A stretch of 63,637 nucleotides of DNA, filler included, from Licmophora abbreviata (GCA_900291995.1; 20 parts of 20 records of this genome joined end to end with filler, not necessarily neighbours in it), one strand, 5' to 3'; counted from the whole stretch's first letter, positions 22,772-35,753 are shown. Translations and numbers: made by a program. Notes: a model not told the origin generated them from the letters alone.

Positions 22772-23885
22772 GCGTTCATGCGTATTCTGGAGCAAGCTTG
22801 CCGTCTTTCCAAAGAAGGTATCGGCACCTGTAAACTCAACCGTCGCCTGGAAAAGACAAAAAAGTGCATGTCAGTCCAACCAAAAACCCACGACAGGCGG
22901 AACTCGTCTCGCTGTCGCTCGTTAGACTCACCTCGACCTCACCGCGCACGACCGTTGATCCCATCTTGCAAGAATCCCCCTGATAAAAGGTCACGGGCAA
23001 TGACTCTCCTGTCAAGGCCGCCTGATCCACATCAATTTCCGAGTGGTTGACTCGACAATCGGCCGGAATGGCCGACCCGCTGGCCAACAAGACAGTATCA
23101 CCGGGCACCAACAAAGCCGCATCCATATTCTGCCATTTACCATCTCGCTTGCATGTTGCCGTCGGCTTGAGACTTGACTTGAGCGCCGCAATAGCATTGC
23201 CGGCCTTGGTAGTTTCGTAAAAGCTAATGAATGCGTTGGTGAACTGAATGACAAGAAGAATGGCCATGTCCAGGTAGTTGGAAATACCTAGCTCGATAAT
23301 GACAGCAATCCAAATCATCACGGGCATGGGAGCTACAAACAAGAGACGCAAAAAGACGAGCCACAGGGGGTCTGCCTTTTCCGGCAGTTCGTTACGACCG
23401 TACTGCTCGAGGCGCAGTTCAGCTTCTTTCGAAGAGAGACCTTTGAGGTTATACTCAAACTTTTCAAAGTCTTCCTTTTCTTCGAGAATATCCTGAAAGT
23501 CTTTTTCCGTAATGCTGCCACTTTCACGTCGTTCACTTGCCGTACCGTAGATGCCGACATGGTCTGCGAATCTCAGATCGTCCTGCCGGAGAATGGTTGC
23601 TTGGGAGAACTTTGTCAAAACATCCGAAGAACTTTTCTGGCGGCGACGATGGTGATGGTCGTAGGGAAGGTACTTGGTCAGGACCATGTCGGAAATATCA
23701 GAGACTGCCTTTCCCCGTTGGCGACCTCGTGTTTCGTTTCCGACCATACCGGTGATATCGGAAGCAACCTTTCCTCGGGGGAGCTCCACCTGGTGAAGCG
23801 AAGAAGCAATCGTGTCGAGGGCTTCTTCCTCGTCGACATCCTCGACATCATCTTGATTCTTGGGCGGCGGATCGTTGAAGCTCAT
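22772..23885 (-). CDS. P3A H+-ATPase N-terminal exons, probably the same gene as 20411..22671
   Basis: GLSSKEA-YGRNEL, LVPGD, IPADC and DQAALTGES; removing intron 22847-22931 restores GEVEATVEFTGADTFFGKTA. Confidence 0.9.
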
Positions 23886-24177
23886 GGTGCTAGAAGAGAG
23901 ACCTCAAAGAGAAGATTGTAATAGAGAAGTCTGTTGTGGAAATCGATCGAAGCATGCATACACGCAGATTGTGAGAGTACTCGTAGTGTTCTCATCCTGA
24001 GGCCATTCAAAGGCGAAGCCAGGCCATTGCGAGCTCGCAAATAATGGTCTCAGGGACTCTTTGCAAAATTTCGGAGTTATGTATTTTGGCCAAACTCTCT
24101 GTTCAAAATAGTCGATTTTTGGACTGTTTTCCATTCGTGGAATCGCCAGCAGTTTTTTGGCGATGATTGGCGATCAA

Positions 24178-24289
24178 CGGAAAATCGGAAACCGAGATCG
24201 GAATCGGAAAAAGAGACCCGGAAATCGGAGACCGAAATCGGAAATCGGAAAAACGAACCCGGAAATCGGAAACCGAGATCGGAAATCGG
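24178..24289. repeat. Degenerate tandem repeat of an approximately 7-nt unit (CGGAAAT-like)
   Basis: Repeated GGAAATC, GGAAACC and GAGATC units run to the contig edge, upstream of the ATPase. Confidence 0.85.
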
Positions 24290-24914
24290 NNNNNNNNNNN
24301 NNNNNNNNNNNNNNNNNNNNNNNNNNNNNNNNNTTAATTAATTAANNNNNNNNNNNNNNNNNNNNNNNNNNNNNNNNNNNNNNNNNNNNCCCCAGAGAAT
24401 TGCACAGCCACGACTTGACAAACCAGTAAGGAACCCTTCCGTCGTCATCCGACAGGGCTACCGGTATGCTCACGTTCTAGTGCTCTATCGCATGTCACGC
24501 GGAGGCAAGAAACCCGTCGTCGTGCCTCACGTCCTCTTGAGCAGTTCTTATGTGAAAATCTCCGAAAATCTCCTCTTTCAAGAATCCCTTCATGTAATGT
24601 TTGAGAAACGATGTAAGTAACTTAGCCGAAGCGACATATTGTAAATATCTTTAAAACGTGCCTTAGATCTTTGTGATAGCACGGAACGTCTTACCACGCG
24701 CAGAACGCCGAACGACAGAAACAAAATCCTACTAGAGTTCGTACTCGTACGTTTTCTCACATCTTTTTTTCTTTCAAAGATCCAAATCTAAATCTGAAGT
24801 TGAAGGGTATCAGAGCGTACTCGTACCGGTAGTACGTGTATCGTATCTAGCTAGAAGCTCCTGAAGAAGTCATCCCGACATAAAGTCATCTCAGACTCTC
24901 TTTCTTAGAGTGCC

Positions 24915-25607
24915 ATGAAGCTCTTCATTCCCTTTGTGTATCTTGTGTCGTCGCTCACGACTGTTGCTGCCGCTCGCGAGTTGCAGGCCACATGTGTGGC
25001 TGACACGGCCGCCCAAGGTGCCGCCAACCCGACTTTGGCGGGTTATCGGACGACCTACAACGACATTATAATTTCAAACATTGAAACTCTCTGCCTTGAC
25101 GACAATGGCGAGCTTGATGCTTGTCTTGCTACCGCCGGTACACCTACGCTTGACGGGTCTGGCCTTGTGGACAAATTCTATACGGAATGCGTGGCGGTAG
25201 GCGGATCCGGCTGGACGTACGATGTAACTTTTGAATGTGGGCACACCGAAGTTCAAGAATACGACAAACTCTTCTTTTGTATGGACGGCGACTGTGACTC
25301 GACTGGAGCTTCCGAGATTGCCGCGACGCTCAACGGCATTCTCGGTGCCCCCTTTGACGCGGCCGGATATACCTGCGATTATACGCAAAGCAACCTCGAG
25401 GCTTTCGGGTTGCGGCCCGCATGTGTTGCTGACACGGCCGCCCAAGGTGCGGCCAACCCGGACATGGCGGCAGATAGGACGACCTACAACAATTTCATTA
25501 CTGGGTCCATTGAAGCCAACTGCTTTACTGCAAATGGCGAGCTTGATGCTTGTCTTGCTACCGCCGACACACCTACGAGGGTTAGGGTTAGGGTTAGGGT
25601 TAGGTAG
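24915..25607 (+). CDS. Secreted Cys-rich protein with a 143-aa internal repeat, truncated
   Basis: Signal-like MKLFIPFVYLVSSLTTVAAA; CVADTAAQGAANP...NGELDACLATA recurs with a 429-nt period (24991 and 25420); the second unit runs into telomere repeats. Confidence 0.7.
   Translation: MKLFIPFVYLVSSLTTVAAARELQATCVADTAAQGAANPTLAGYRTTYNDIIISNIETLCLDDNGELDACLATAGTPTLDGSGLVDKFYTECVAVGGSGWTYDVTFECGHTEVQEYDKLFFCMDGDCDSTGASEIAATLNGILGAPFDAAGYTCDYTQSNLEAFGLRPACVADTAAQGAANPDMAADRTTYNNFITGSIEANCFTANGELDACLATADTPTRVRVRVRVR
25578..25604 (+). repeat. Telomeric (TTAGGG)n tract, about 4.5 units
   Basis: AGGG TTAGGG TTAGGG TTAGGG TTAGG. Confidence 0.9.
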
Positions 25608-25721
25608 CTCGCGCTAATACCNNNNNNNNNNNNNNNNNNNNNNNNNNNNNNNNNNNNNNNNNNNNTTAATTAATTAANNNNNNNNNNNNNNNNNNNNNNN
25701 NNNNNNNNNNNNNNNNNNNNN

Positions 25722-28700
25722 TTTACACATGACTGCGCCCCGGCCCAACGACAATGCACCGCCTGTGTGGCTGCGCATGTCGAAATGTACGGCATACGCC
25801 GCATCCACCCAGGTTCGCAACACTCCGAGGTCATCAGCCCCAATGGTACGCACATCGTCAATCGTTCCCTTCACATATTGCAAAACCCGCTTCAGTTTCG
25901 ACCAATCCTGTGTTGTGCTGCATGACACCCGCGTCGTGAGGAACGCCACTGCTGTAAGCAAATCGGGACGTCCCCGCTGTGAGACATAAAGTAACTTCGC
26001 CACCACGCTATGAAAAACTTCCGCATCCTTCTGACCAAGTGGGGTGGCGCTCTTGTCAACCGCGAATAGTCCTTTGGCTCCTGGTGTGGTCGCAGTCCGA
26101 GCCACCGGCTCCCCAAAATCGTGTAGCGCTTCGACCAAGTACTCCTGCATGCCGATTGTAACAGTCCGGTCATCGTTGAACGTAATGTCCATCCCTAGGA
26201 ACGTGTGCTTCCGTCCTCTGGTCACCGACATTTTCCCGAATTTGGACTCGATGTCGTCTATAATTCCTGTCACCACGTCCGGGTCCACGTGTGAAATCTT
26301 GTTGTCGTCGACGAACCAGCCGACGGTGCACTGCTTTCCATTGATGTCACAGTTTGCCACGCACGGGTCGTATGGGTTCAACACAAACCCTCGCTCCTTT
26401 AGAGTGCTAGAGAACAACTCATACCATAGTAGTGCGGATTTCACGCATCCGTACAGTGCCTTCAGCAACTGTACATACAGCGTGTCCCTCCCATTCTCAA
26501 CTGTGACGAATTCCTTGTACTTGGGGTCAACCGACTGCAGTATGTTCACTGCTTCCCCTGTCAACTTCAACACGACGAAATCGTCCATGTCTGCGTGCAA
26601 GTACGCTCCTTCAACGTCGGCAGTTGCCACGTCTCTACCTTCGTGTGCATCGATCATCAGGGACAACATGAGGGCGTCATTCGAGATGGTGGGGGATGTT
26701 GTCTCTGCGCGCGCGTAGAGTGTCTTCTGCGGTCTACCATCTGCGCACGTCCTCCCTTTCAGGGTCCCATTCCTCTTTTCCTTGATCAGATTGATTGCTC
26801 GTAGCGCCTTTGTTCGCTCCTCTCTACTCAGGCTCGCCGCTGAAACTGGCTTGAAAACGCCTTTGTCGTTCAATTGGGCGAACTCCTTGAACATCGCGTC
26901 GATGGCTGCCTGCCCATGTTTCCGTATCCCTGCTGTCGCGGTCATCTGCGTCATCATGTGCCCACACACATAACGATGCACTGCTTCACTGTCCTCGTCA
27001 AGGTCATTGAAAGCTTCCTGCAGCAACTGTACCCCGGTCTCGTAACTGTGCCGGTCGCTCGATGCATCCATTTGGTTCGCAAGACGGTGGTTGTAGTTTC
27101 GCTCCCTGTTCGGCCGCAGATTGTAGTGACCCACTTCCGGGTTCCCTCCATCAGGGGCGTGGTCATCCACGACTGGTGCTACCGCCTCAGCCCCACCCGC
27201 TCCTTGATCTAAACCGGGTGCAATGTCTTCCTGATCCACTTCGTCGTTCGCTCCTTGGTTCAAACCGAACTCGAGGGCGCCCATAGCCATATTCGCTCCT
27301 TCTTCTTCGCCGGGTTCAGCAGCCGCTTCCGGTCCCTCGATTTGGACTGCGACGTCGTCCTCAAGCATCTCGATCTCTACTGGGTACTCCTCGTCGCCGG
27401 TCCCGTGTATCAGTGCCTCCCCCTCGACCGTGCCTCCATCGAAACCGTCTGGTGCGTCGTCTGCAGTTTCCACTATGGGGAGTCCTGGTTGCCACTCGAA
27501 CGCGAGGGACGATCCCACTATCAGTGGCTGTCCCTGCGCTTCGGCCAGTTGTTCTACCCGCTCGATCACATCCGTCGTGATCGGTAGTTCGGTCCACTTG
27601 TTTCGCGTAAGCCTCGCACCGGTGGTGAGTGACATGAAGTGGTAGCTTCCCTGACTGTTCCCTGTTGGATTTAGTGCGATCGCTCCTGTCATTCGAGTGG
27701 CCGTGGTGTTCGTTGGGTAGTTCTCTTCAAAAACCTGCGCGTAAGCACCGAATTCCAGTTTGAGGTTGTTGAAATCCGGGTTTGCGCTTCCTGCGACTAT
27801 CGCCCGGGGACTCATTGTATCCGACACTCCGTCTTTCGGCGGGAAAAGATTTAGGGACGTGTTCGCGTCCTCCACGATGCCCCTGATCATGATTCCTGGT
27901 AGTCTCTTGTACGGTAGCCCGTGTACCGTGCACCTGACCCGTTCCTTCACCGTCCTGATGGAGCGCTCTACCTCTCCGACGTGTGTGTCTGCTGCTGTGA
28001 TGTTCATGGTAGTCGGCAGGACCTCCGCACGTAAACACTCGAACTCTCCATCGGTGTGCAGGTCGGGGATCTCGAAGCCTCGCGCCTGGTAAAGGTCCAT
28101 CACCGCCCGCGTATGTTTCAGTAAGGTCGCCTTCTGTCTGTTCGGGATCTGTGCCACTGTCCGGAATTTAATCTTCCTTGATACTGTATGGAAGAAAGGC
28201 AGTCCCTGTACGTAGAAAAGGTCCATGCATAACGTGACCTGCTTGTGGTGCTCCAAAATGGGTGCTGGTAGTAGTGTCGGGATGGTGGTTGGGGCGTGCG
28301 TCGGCCTCCCCCGAGTCGTCTTTCCTTTTAGTGTCGCCACATCCGGTCCGTATATGGCGAGTGCCCGCTTCGCGTCGGCCACCGTGACTGGGCAATTGTT
28401 GATCATGTTCCCGATTAATGCTTTCTCGAATGTCTCCTGGGACGGCCGCCCTAGCTTCCGGTACAGTGCTCGTGCCTTATCCGCTCCTGAAATTTCGGCG
28501 TTGGTGAAGATCGACTGGTTTGTGGCTACGGATTGTAGAAAACTGTAGGGGGAAACGGTCAAGTTAGAAGTTAAATCCGCCGTGTCGTGAAAGTAGAGGC
28601 CGCTCGTGTACTCCCTGAAAGCCATGATCGTCCCGTTTCGTCGATGAACATGGAGAGCCGCGTCGACCGCTGTGTCCATGGTCACCCGGCACTGCTTCCG

Positions 28701-30248
28701 CACAGCTGCCAACGAAAGGATGTTGGCGAGTGAGTCCGGGTTGTACCATACAGGGCCAAAATTTGGGAGATCACCGATCTCCGTGGACACCTGAGTCCCG
28801 CCGTTCGTGAACACCTTGAGGTGTTGTTTGCTGGGACGGATATTGCGCAGCAACTCCCTGCTGCGGAAAACGGACACCGTGGATTGGGAGTCAAGTAACA
28901 CCCACGAATGTGGGATGAGGGTGTTACCACTCTGCGCAAAAAAGAACGCCGGTTCTCCTCCCGTCCCGTCACCGCCCGATTGAGTGTCCTCCCCTCCTGT
29001 GCTCCCATGCGCCGCCTGCAATAGCTGCACACCACTTGCCGCTTCACGGCCGGTGGAGGCAGTCTCTCCGGGATCGGTCCCCGATCCGCCGGTGCCGGTG
29101 CCGCCCTCAGTTCCACTGGGGCACTTATCCGAGTAGTGACCTGTCTTGCCACATGTGAAACACGTCACGCCGTTTCGCTTTAGGACGCCGTCCGTGCCGG
29201 CGACTCCGCCAGCCTGCGCGAAGGTCATCCCGATGACATCCCGGGGCCGGTGAGTTTGTCCCTGCCGCTGTGGGGTCGCCGACTTCCACATCACCAAGTA
29301 GTTGTAAGCCGCGGGGAGGTCCTTGGGGTACTGGCCATTTTCGCGTGAGTGTTGGTTCTCCAGCTCGGTCCAAAGTGCCCTGTACCTGGTCGGGTCGGCA
29401 CGCTTCAAGAACGCGATTGCCAGCGCCTGATCGCGCGACGCCTTGAGGACTGCGTCCTCCTCCATGGGGGCCCCCGGCTGGGACATGATGTTCGTGAGCA
29501 AGGCCGGATCGTGGCCGAAAGAGCCACCGTAGTACTCCAGGACCTCGACCTTCGACTTGAAGTTCTGGAAGTACGTCGCGTTCGTTTCGTGGGGCCCCTG
29601 GAGGTAGGAGTAAAGCGCAGTTTTAGCTTCGTCAATCCCGACGAAGATGTACCGCTGACTCTCAAAGTTACTTGTGATCCCGCGGATCTCCTTAAGAAGC
29701 CAACTCAAATCCTGTGTTGCGTTTCCTGCCTCGTAGCCTCCGGTCCCCATCAGCTTCGAGCGCATCGCTTCACTGCACTGTCCCCAGGCAATGGCATACA
29801 TTGCCTTCATGTTACTGTCCAACTGATCGACCCTGCGGCAGTACGAGGCAACGGCCTTCTCGAAGATGAGGACTTTCAGTCGATTCGTCTCCGTCTCGGG
29901 CAGGTCCGCTGGTTCCGCTATCGTCGGCTTTTCAAGGTTCGCGAAGAAACCCGCAATGTCGCCCGGGAAGTCCTGCTCCTTTGCCGAGTACTCCTTGAGC
30001 ATGTCGATTGTCCGCTGGAACTGTTGGGGATCCGTCTGTTCGCCGAATACCTGGAACACGTGCCCGTTCATCTTCTCCGTGCTTCCCTTGAAAGTCGCAG
30101 CCGGCGTCACCGACCCGGTGCCTCTGTTTCGACCACCGTATCCACTACGTCCACCTCCTCGGCGGGGGGCTCCCCGCCCCCCTCGGCCGCCCCGGCCTTC
30201 ACTTGTTCGACCCGTGCCAGCGGTGTCCGTGGTGTTCGACTCACTCAT
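25722..30248 (-). CDS. Copia Gag-Pol polyprotein, open to the contig edge
   Basis: CFTCGKTGHYSDKC, LDSQS, integrase MDLF, TDGEF and EVER, RT DVEGAY, KALYG and FVDDN, RNase H WVDAAY. Confidence 0.92.
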
Positions 30249-30606
30249 GGGTTCGCACTAGATTGTGTGGTGCCCTGCTGGTGTTGTTTCCACGGTCAGT
30301 CCTGAGGTGGATGCGTTGTGCAGTGATACGAGTCACCACTCCGTTTGCGTCGCTCGGGTTTGCCGACGGTACGCCGAGAGATGTCCGGACGCGATTGGTG
30401 ATCCGCACTCGGTCGCCAATCCTGAAAGCGCTCACGCCTTCTGCCGTCCTCGGTCGTGTTCCTGTCCCTGGTGTCCCACCAGTTCCGATGTTTCTACCTT
30501 GATCCTCTCCGATCTCCCTCACTCGAACGATTTGTCGGATGATCCTTGACTCCTCCAGACGAAGAACTTCTAGTTGTTTGAGCAGATCGTCGATTTCGTT
30601 CGTCAT
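30241..30606 (-). CDS. Accessory ORF0 homolog
   Basis: 121 aa, homologous to 15215..15562; overlaps the gag ATG by 8 nt (ATGAGTGA). Confidence 0.75.
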   Translation of the reverse strand: MTNEIDDLLKQLEVLRLEESRIIRQIVRVREIGEDQGRNIGTGGTPGTGTRPRTAEGVSAFRIGDRVRITNRVRTSLGVPSANPSDANGVVTRITAQRIHLRTDRGNNTSRAPHNLVRTHE

Positions 30607-30757
30607 GTATCGTCAGAGAAATGACGGGGTAAAATGAATCCTTTTCGCTTGAAATAANNNNNNNNNNNNNNNNNNNNNNNNNNNNNNNNNNNNNNNNNNN
30701 NTTAATTAATTAANNNNNNNNNNNNNNNNNNNNNNNNNNNNNNNNNNNNNNNNNNNN

Positions 30758-33700
30758 CGCTTATAAGCGGTGATCGCATAACGGTACCAGATGACATCCT
30801 CAACGACTGGATACGAGAAGACATACCTCATCAAGCTCAAGAGTGAAACTCGAGAAGAATGGGAGGTCTTCAAGAAGCTAGTGAAAGTGCGCGGACAAGC
30901 CAAGGGATTTTGGTGGGTCCTAACCAAGAAGAACGATAGTCTACTTGCGCAAGACAAGCACTTCATTCAAGATAGTGTCGTAATGAAGCACGACACGACC
31001 AAGGAGCCTAATGAATGGGTCAAGGCGACGGACATTGAGACGGCAGCCTGCAAGAGTGATGCGGCCGCGCGAAACTTCCTCAATATCTGCCTTCAGAACG
31101 ACCATCCAAGTTTGCTCAACGAGATCTCTGAACAGGGAGAGACAGCCTATGATTGGTGGTCTTACCTTGAGAAGAAGTTTGAAACGAGGGATCCTGTGAA
31201 CAGATTCCTGGAGCTAGACGAAGAAGTGTCGAAGCTAGAGCCCGACGATTGGGACGACGGCTACAAGTTCGTTACGAAGTTTGAGCAACTGAACTCTTCT
31301 ATCAAGCTTATCGACGAATCCAATGCACGGAACAAGACTCAAAAGAAACTCTGGCTGTTCCAGAGGATCGCTGTTGCTCCCAAGGGCGAGGTCAATGCTT
31401 GGTCCCCATTTGTAATGAAGTATCGAGCCGACGGTGTGCTCGACACCACAACCTGGGACGACTTCAAGCACGCATTTGCACGACACTGGGAGGACAATGG
31501 GAATCCAAATGGTGGCACCAAGTCTAAGGACAAGGCACTCATTACGTGTTTCAACTGCGGCAAGCCAGGACACAAGTCAAATGAGTGCCGTAGCGGCAAG
31601 AAGCAGCACAAGAGTCAGTCGAATACCAACACCAGCAATGTCAAAGCAACGAAGGATGCGTCCAACGTGACTTGCTTCCAATGTCGTGAAGTTGGACACT
31701 TTGCTTGGCAGTGCCCCCAGAAGAAACGCAACGGAGGGAAAACTGATGAAAAGGACATCGTGGCTCTGATAGCCATTCAAGATGAATGCCATGGTGTTCC
31801 TGACAGCTTCTTCGACGACTTCCAATACGACGGGATGGAAAGCGACGATTCCGACGACGCTCTCGAGTTAGACAGTGACACCTTCAGTCCAACTACCTTC
31901 GACGAAATGTTCAAACAAAGCGAGACCAGCAGCGACTGCAATGATACGGATCTCGACGATGAAGATAGCTTGTGTGATGACATGCCTGATCTTGTAACCC
32001 CAACGTGGTGGGAAAGCGACAGTGAGAGTGAGAGTGACGATGATGATGACGACCTCGATGACGTTACCTCTCCTTACGGTGCTCCGACGTGGTGGAGCGA
32101 TACCGACGATGACTCCGATGACGCCGACGAAGACGACGCCATCGACAATGAATCAGCTCGACGATACGAGCTGAGCAAGCGCCTGGTGCACATGTTAGTG
32201 AACCATGTCAACGATAACTTGCACACGAAAGCGAATGATAACGCGTACCTTCTTGACTCTGGAGCCAATGTGCACTGCACCTTTGACGCGGAAGGGATGC
32301 AAAATTTGAAGACAACGAATGGTTCAGTTACAGTTGGAGATAGCCGAAAAGTCAGCACGACCAAGCTTGGAGACTTACCTCTCACGACTTTCGACGGCAC
32401 GAAGATTCTTCTGCGCGACACTCGAGTCATCGACGGTTTTCATCGGAACATCATCAGTCTCACGCGACTCTTGGACAACGGATGCAAAGTTTCAAGCGCT
32501 TGTCATCAACGGATAATTGTCGAGTGTGGAAATGAAACGAAGCTTCACTTCCTACGATCAGACGGCGATGATCTGTACTACCTCTCTGCTGAAAGGACCG
32601 ACTCAAATGCTCAAGTCAACGTGATGAACTCCACTGCCCAACGCCCGAGGCAGTTTGATATCAATGCGGCACACGAACTGCTCAACCACCCCGGAGAGAA
32701 TGCACTGCGAGCAACGGCAAAGGCATTTGGCTGGAAGCTCATTGGGACACTGCGAACCTGCGAAGCATGCGCGCACGGCAAAGGACGGAAAGCTGATACA
32801 AACAAGACGACTTCGGTCAAAGCGACACGTCCAGGAGAGAGGCTATTCCTTGATACGACAGGTCCCTTTGCCGAGTCACTGGGAAAGAACCGATATCATG
32901 CGCAGTTAGTTGACCAGTACACCGGACGCAAGTTTCCCATCTTCATGAAGAAGAAGAGCCTACTCACGGAGCCGGTCTTATCTCATCTTGAACGACTCCA
33001 TGCAAAAGGATTTCCCTGCAAGTTCCTGCGACTCGACAACGCTGGTGAGCACAACAAGATTGATGCTTATTGCAGGACGCACGGAGTTACCCTGGAATAC
33101 ACGGCACCTGGGACACCACAGTACAATGGCGTCGTCGAACGATCTTTTGCGACGGACAAGAGTCGAGCAACGGCCTGCCTCTCAGCAAGTGGAATAGACG
33201 ACGAACTGCGAAAGCTTGTCTGGGCTCATGCACTAGAAGACTCGACGATGGTGGCAAATCTCATGCCTCGAGACAGCTTTGCCAACGCCTACGAGCCCTT
33301 CAAGGAGAAACCGCCTGTTCGCCCCGAGCACCTGATCCCATGGGGCACGATAGGCCACATGACCATTCACCCTAAGCCCAAGACGTTCTCCAACCGGACG
33401 GAGCGAGTCATGCGCGTTGGCTACGCAGCCGACCATCCAAGCGACACATACAAGGTCCTGAAGCTCTCCAACAACGAGGTTGTAGTCACTCGCGACGTTC
33501 GCTGGGAAAAGACATGGCACCAGACTGAGCAGCCCGACGATATTATCCGCATCACAAACGAAGCTGAGCTCCCGGTCAACACCAATGCACACATCATTCC
33601 CATCGACGATGATGCGAACGAGGATACAACGAAAACCACACCAGCACGCGCCCCAGCCAATGATCCTCCACCCGAGCCTGCTCCTGCCCACGACACCCCC

Positions 33701-35653
33701 GGCCCTGCTCCTGCTGCCGCGATTCCGCCAGCGACGACTATCATCAGCGACCAATCGGGGAGGGAGCAACGTCTGGCCCGAGAAATGCGACGATTGGACG
33801 CCTCCTACAATCCCGCTCTCACGGAATCTGCAACCACTACTGGACGGCAGACGAGACAAACGACACATACAGCAGCTCCAACAACCGGAATGGGACAGCA
33901 AGATGTCAACTTCGATGAAGCAGAAGGTCCCAACATGATTGAGAACGACGACGCTGCGGTCCACAATGTGTCTGTTAATAGCGACCCGGGCGACCCTGGA
34001 TCGACGAAACAAGCAATGAAGTCTGTGGACTGGCCAAAATGGAAAGAAGGAATGTTTAGTGAGTATGACAACTTTCTTAAACGAGATGCTTGGAAATTCG
34101 TTCCGAGGCCAAAAGGGAGAAAAGTCCTACGCACCAAGAATGTCTACAAGACAAAGCTTCATGCCGTAACGAAAGCGACAAGGCACAAAGTCAGGAACTG
34201 CATCCTCGGATACGAACAGATTCCAGGATTGGATTACACTGAGTCCTTCGCTCCGGTTGCTGCGGATCAATCTGTCCGTACATTTATCGCCGGTGCACTG
34301 TACGCTGCAGAGCACTCCATCAAGACGAGCGAGGACCCGTGGGTTGATTGTCAAGCTTTGGATGTGGAAGCGGCCTTTCTGAACGCGAAGCTCGAGGAAG
34401 AAGTCTATGCCGAGCTGCCCGAGTTTTTCGCCGAGTACTGCGAGTCGAGAGGACTCAACGTTCCTGAAGACGACACTGTGATCCTTCTCGTGATGGGACA
34501 ATACGGACTCGTCCAAGTTGCGAGAGGTTGGGTAAAGAGATTCACCGCGATCTTGACTGACGAGTTTGTTGGTCTGAAGCAGTGCAAGAGTGACCCATGT
34601 CTCTTTGTGAAACACGACGAAGCAAACAATCCGGTGTTGATGGTACTCACGTACATTGATGATGCAATCTATGCGGGACGCGCAAGTGAAGTGAGACGCT
34701 TGAAAGAATGGATTCGAGAGCACGTCACGATCACGGATATTGGCGCGCTCGATACTCACTTGGGCGTAGACTACGAGCTCAAGACCGACGAGCGCGGACG
34801 ATTTTACGAATGCTCCATGTCAAAGTACATGGACGGCACTATTTCCGAGTATGAGGCTCACACTCAGCGTACTACGAGAGACTTCAAGACGCCTGCGGCA
34901 CCTAGCAGCAACCTTCTGAGGAATGATTCCGAAGATGCGACGGTTGTTGATCAATCCGGATACCGAAAGTTTGTCGGCAAGTTGTTGTTCGCCATCAAGA
35001 AAGCGATACCGGATTGCTCGAATGCGATTCGAGAGCTGTCAATGCATCTTGAGAGTCCAGGCCATGACCATTGGAAAGCTTTATCGCGATTGATGGGCTA
35101 TTTGAAGCACCGTTATCGGCCTTTGAAGATACGAGCACCAAAGAATTTGAGAGTCGAATCGTATGTCGACTCAGACTGGGCCACCGACAGGAATGACAGG
35201 AAGAGCACGACCAGCTACCTCACGACAGTCGGAGGCAACAGTCTAGTCAATTGGCAATCGAAGAAGCAAGCGACTGTGAGTCTTTCTTCGACGGAAGCGG
35301 AGACCTACGCGGCGTCACATGCAGCACAGGACATCATGTTCGAAGTGAATTTGATCGGAGAGTTGTTTGGGATTGAGAGAGTTCCAAGGCCAAGTCTGCT
35401 TCACTGTGACAACATGGGTGCTATTTTTCTGGCCAAGAATCTTTCCGTGGGACAGCGCACGAAGCACATTGACCTGAGGACGCGATTCATTACTGACCTA
35501 GTCGAAAACAAAGATTTGGACATTCAGCACGTGCGGAGCGAAGAGAATCCAGCTGATGTTACATCCAAGAACTGCAAGGAGGTCATCCACATTAAGCACG
35601 CTCAGAGCATCTATGATGGAACATTAGATTGTCCGAGCGGGGAGGGTGTCGCA
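30758..35653 (+). mobile_element. Ty1/Copia LTR retrotransposon internal region, canonical-type lineage
   Basis: Single ORF; 3' purine tract GAGCGGGGAGGG followed by TGT; GGTACCAG just before the ATG weakly resembles a PBS. Confidence 0.92.
30791..35653 (+). CDS. Copia Gag-Pol with two CCHC knuckles, uninterrupted
   Basis: CFNCGKPGHKSNEC, CFQCREVGHFAWQC, LDSGA, HHCC (HELLNH..CEAC), RLDNAGE, NGVVER, DVEAAFL, YIDD, DSDWA and NPAD. Confidence 0.93.
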
Positions 35654-35753
35654 NNNNNNNNNNNNNNNNNNNNNNNNNNNNNNNNNNNNNNNNNNNNTTA
35701 ATTAATTAANNNNNNNNNNNNNNNNNNNNNNNNNNNNNNNNNNNNNNNNNNNN

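Larger units (their letters stand above)
25722..30657 (-). mobile_element. Ty1/Copia element (CoDi-like) with an extra upstream ORF, 3'-truncated
   Basis: Same architecture as 15168..20279. Confidence 0.92.

Noticed and set aside
30758..30769. Perfect palindrome CGCTTATAAGCG at a contig start
   Set aside because: Short, at an edge, and without a second copy to test.
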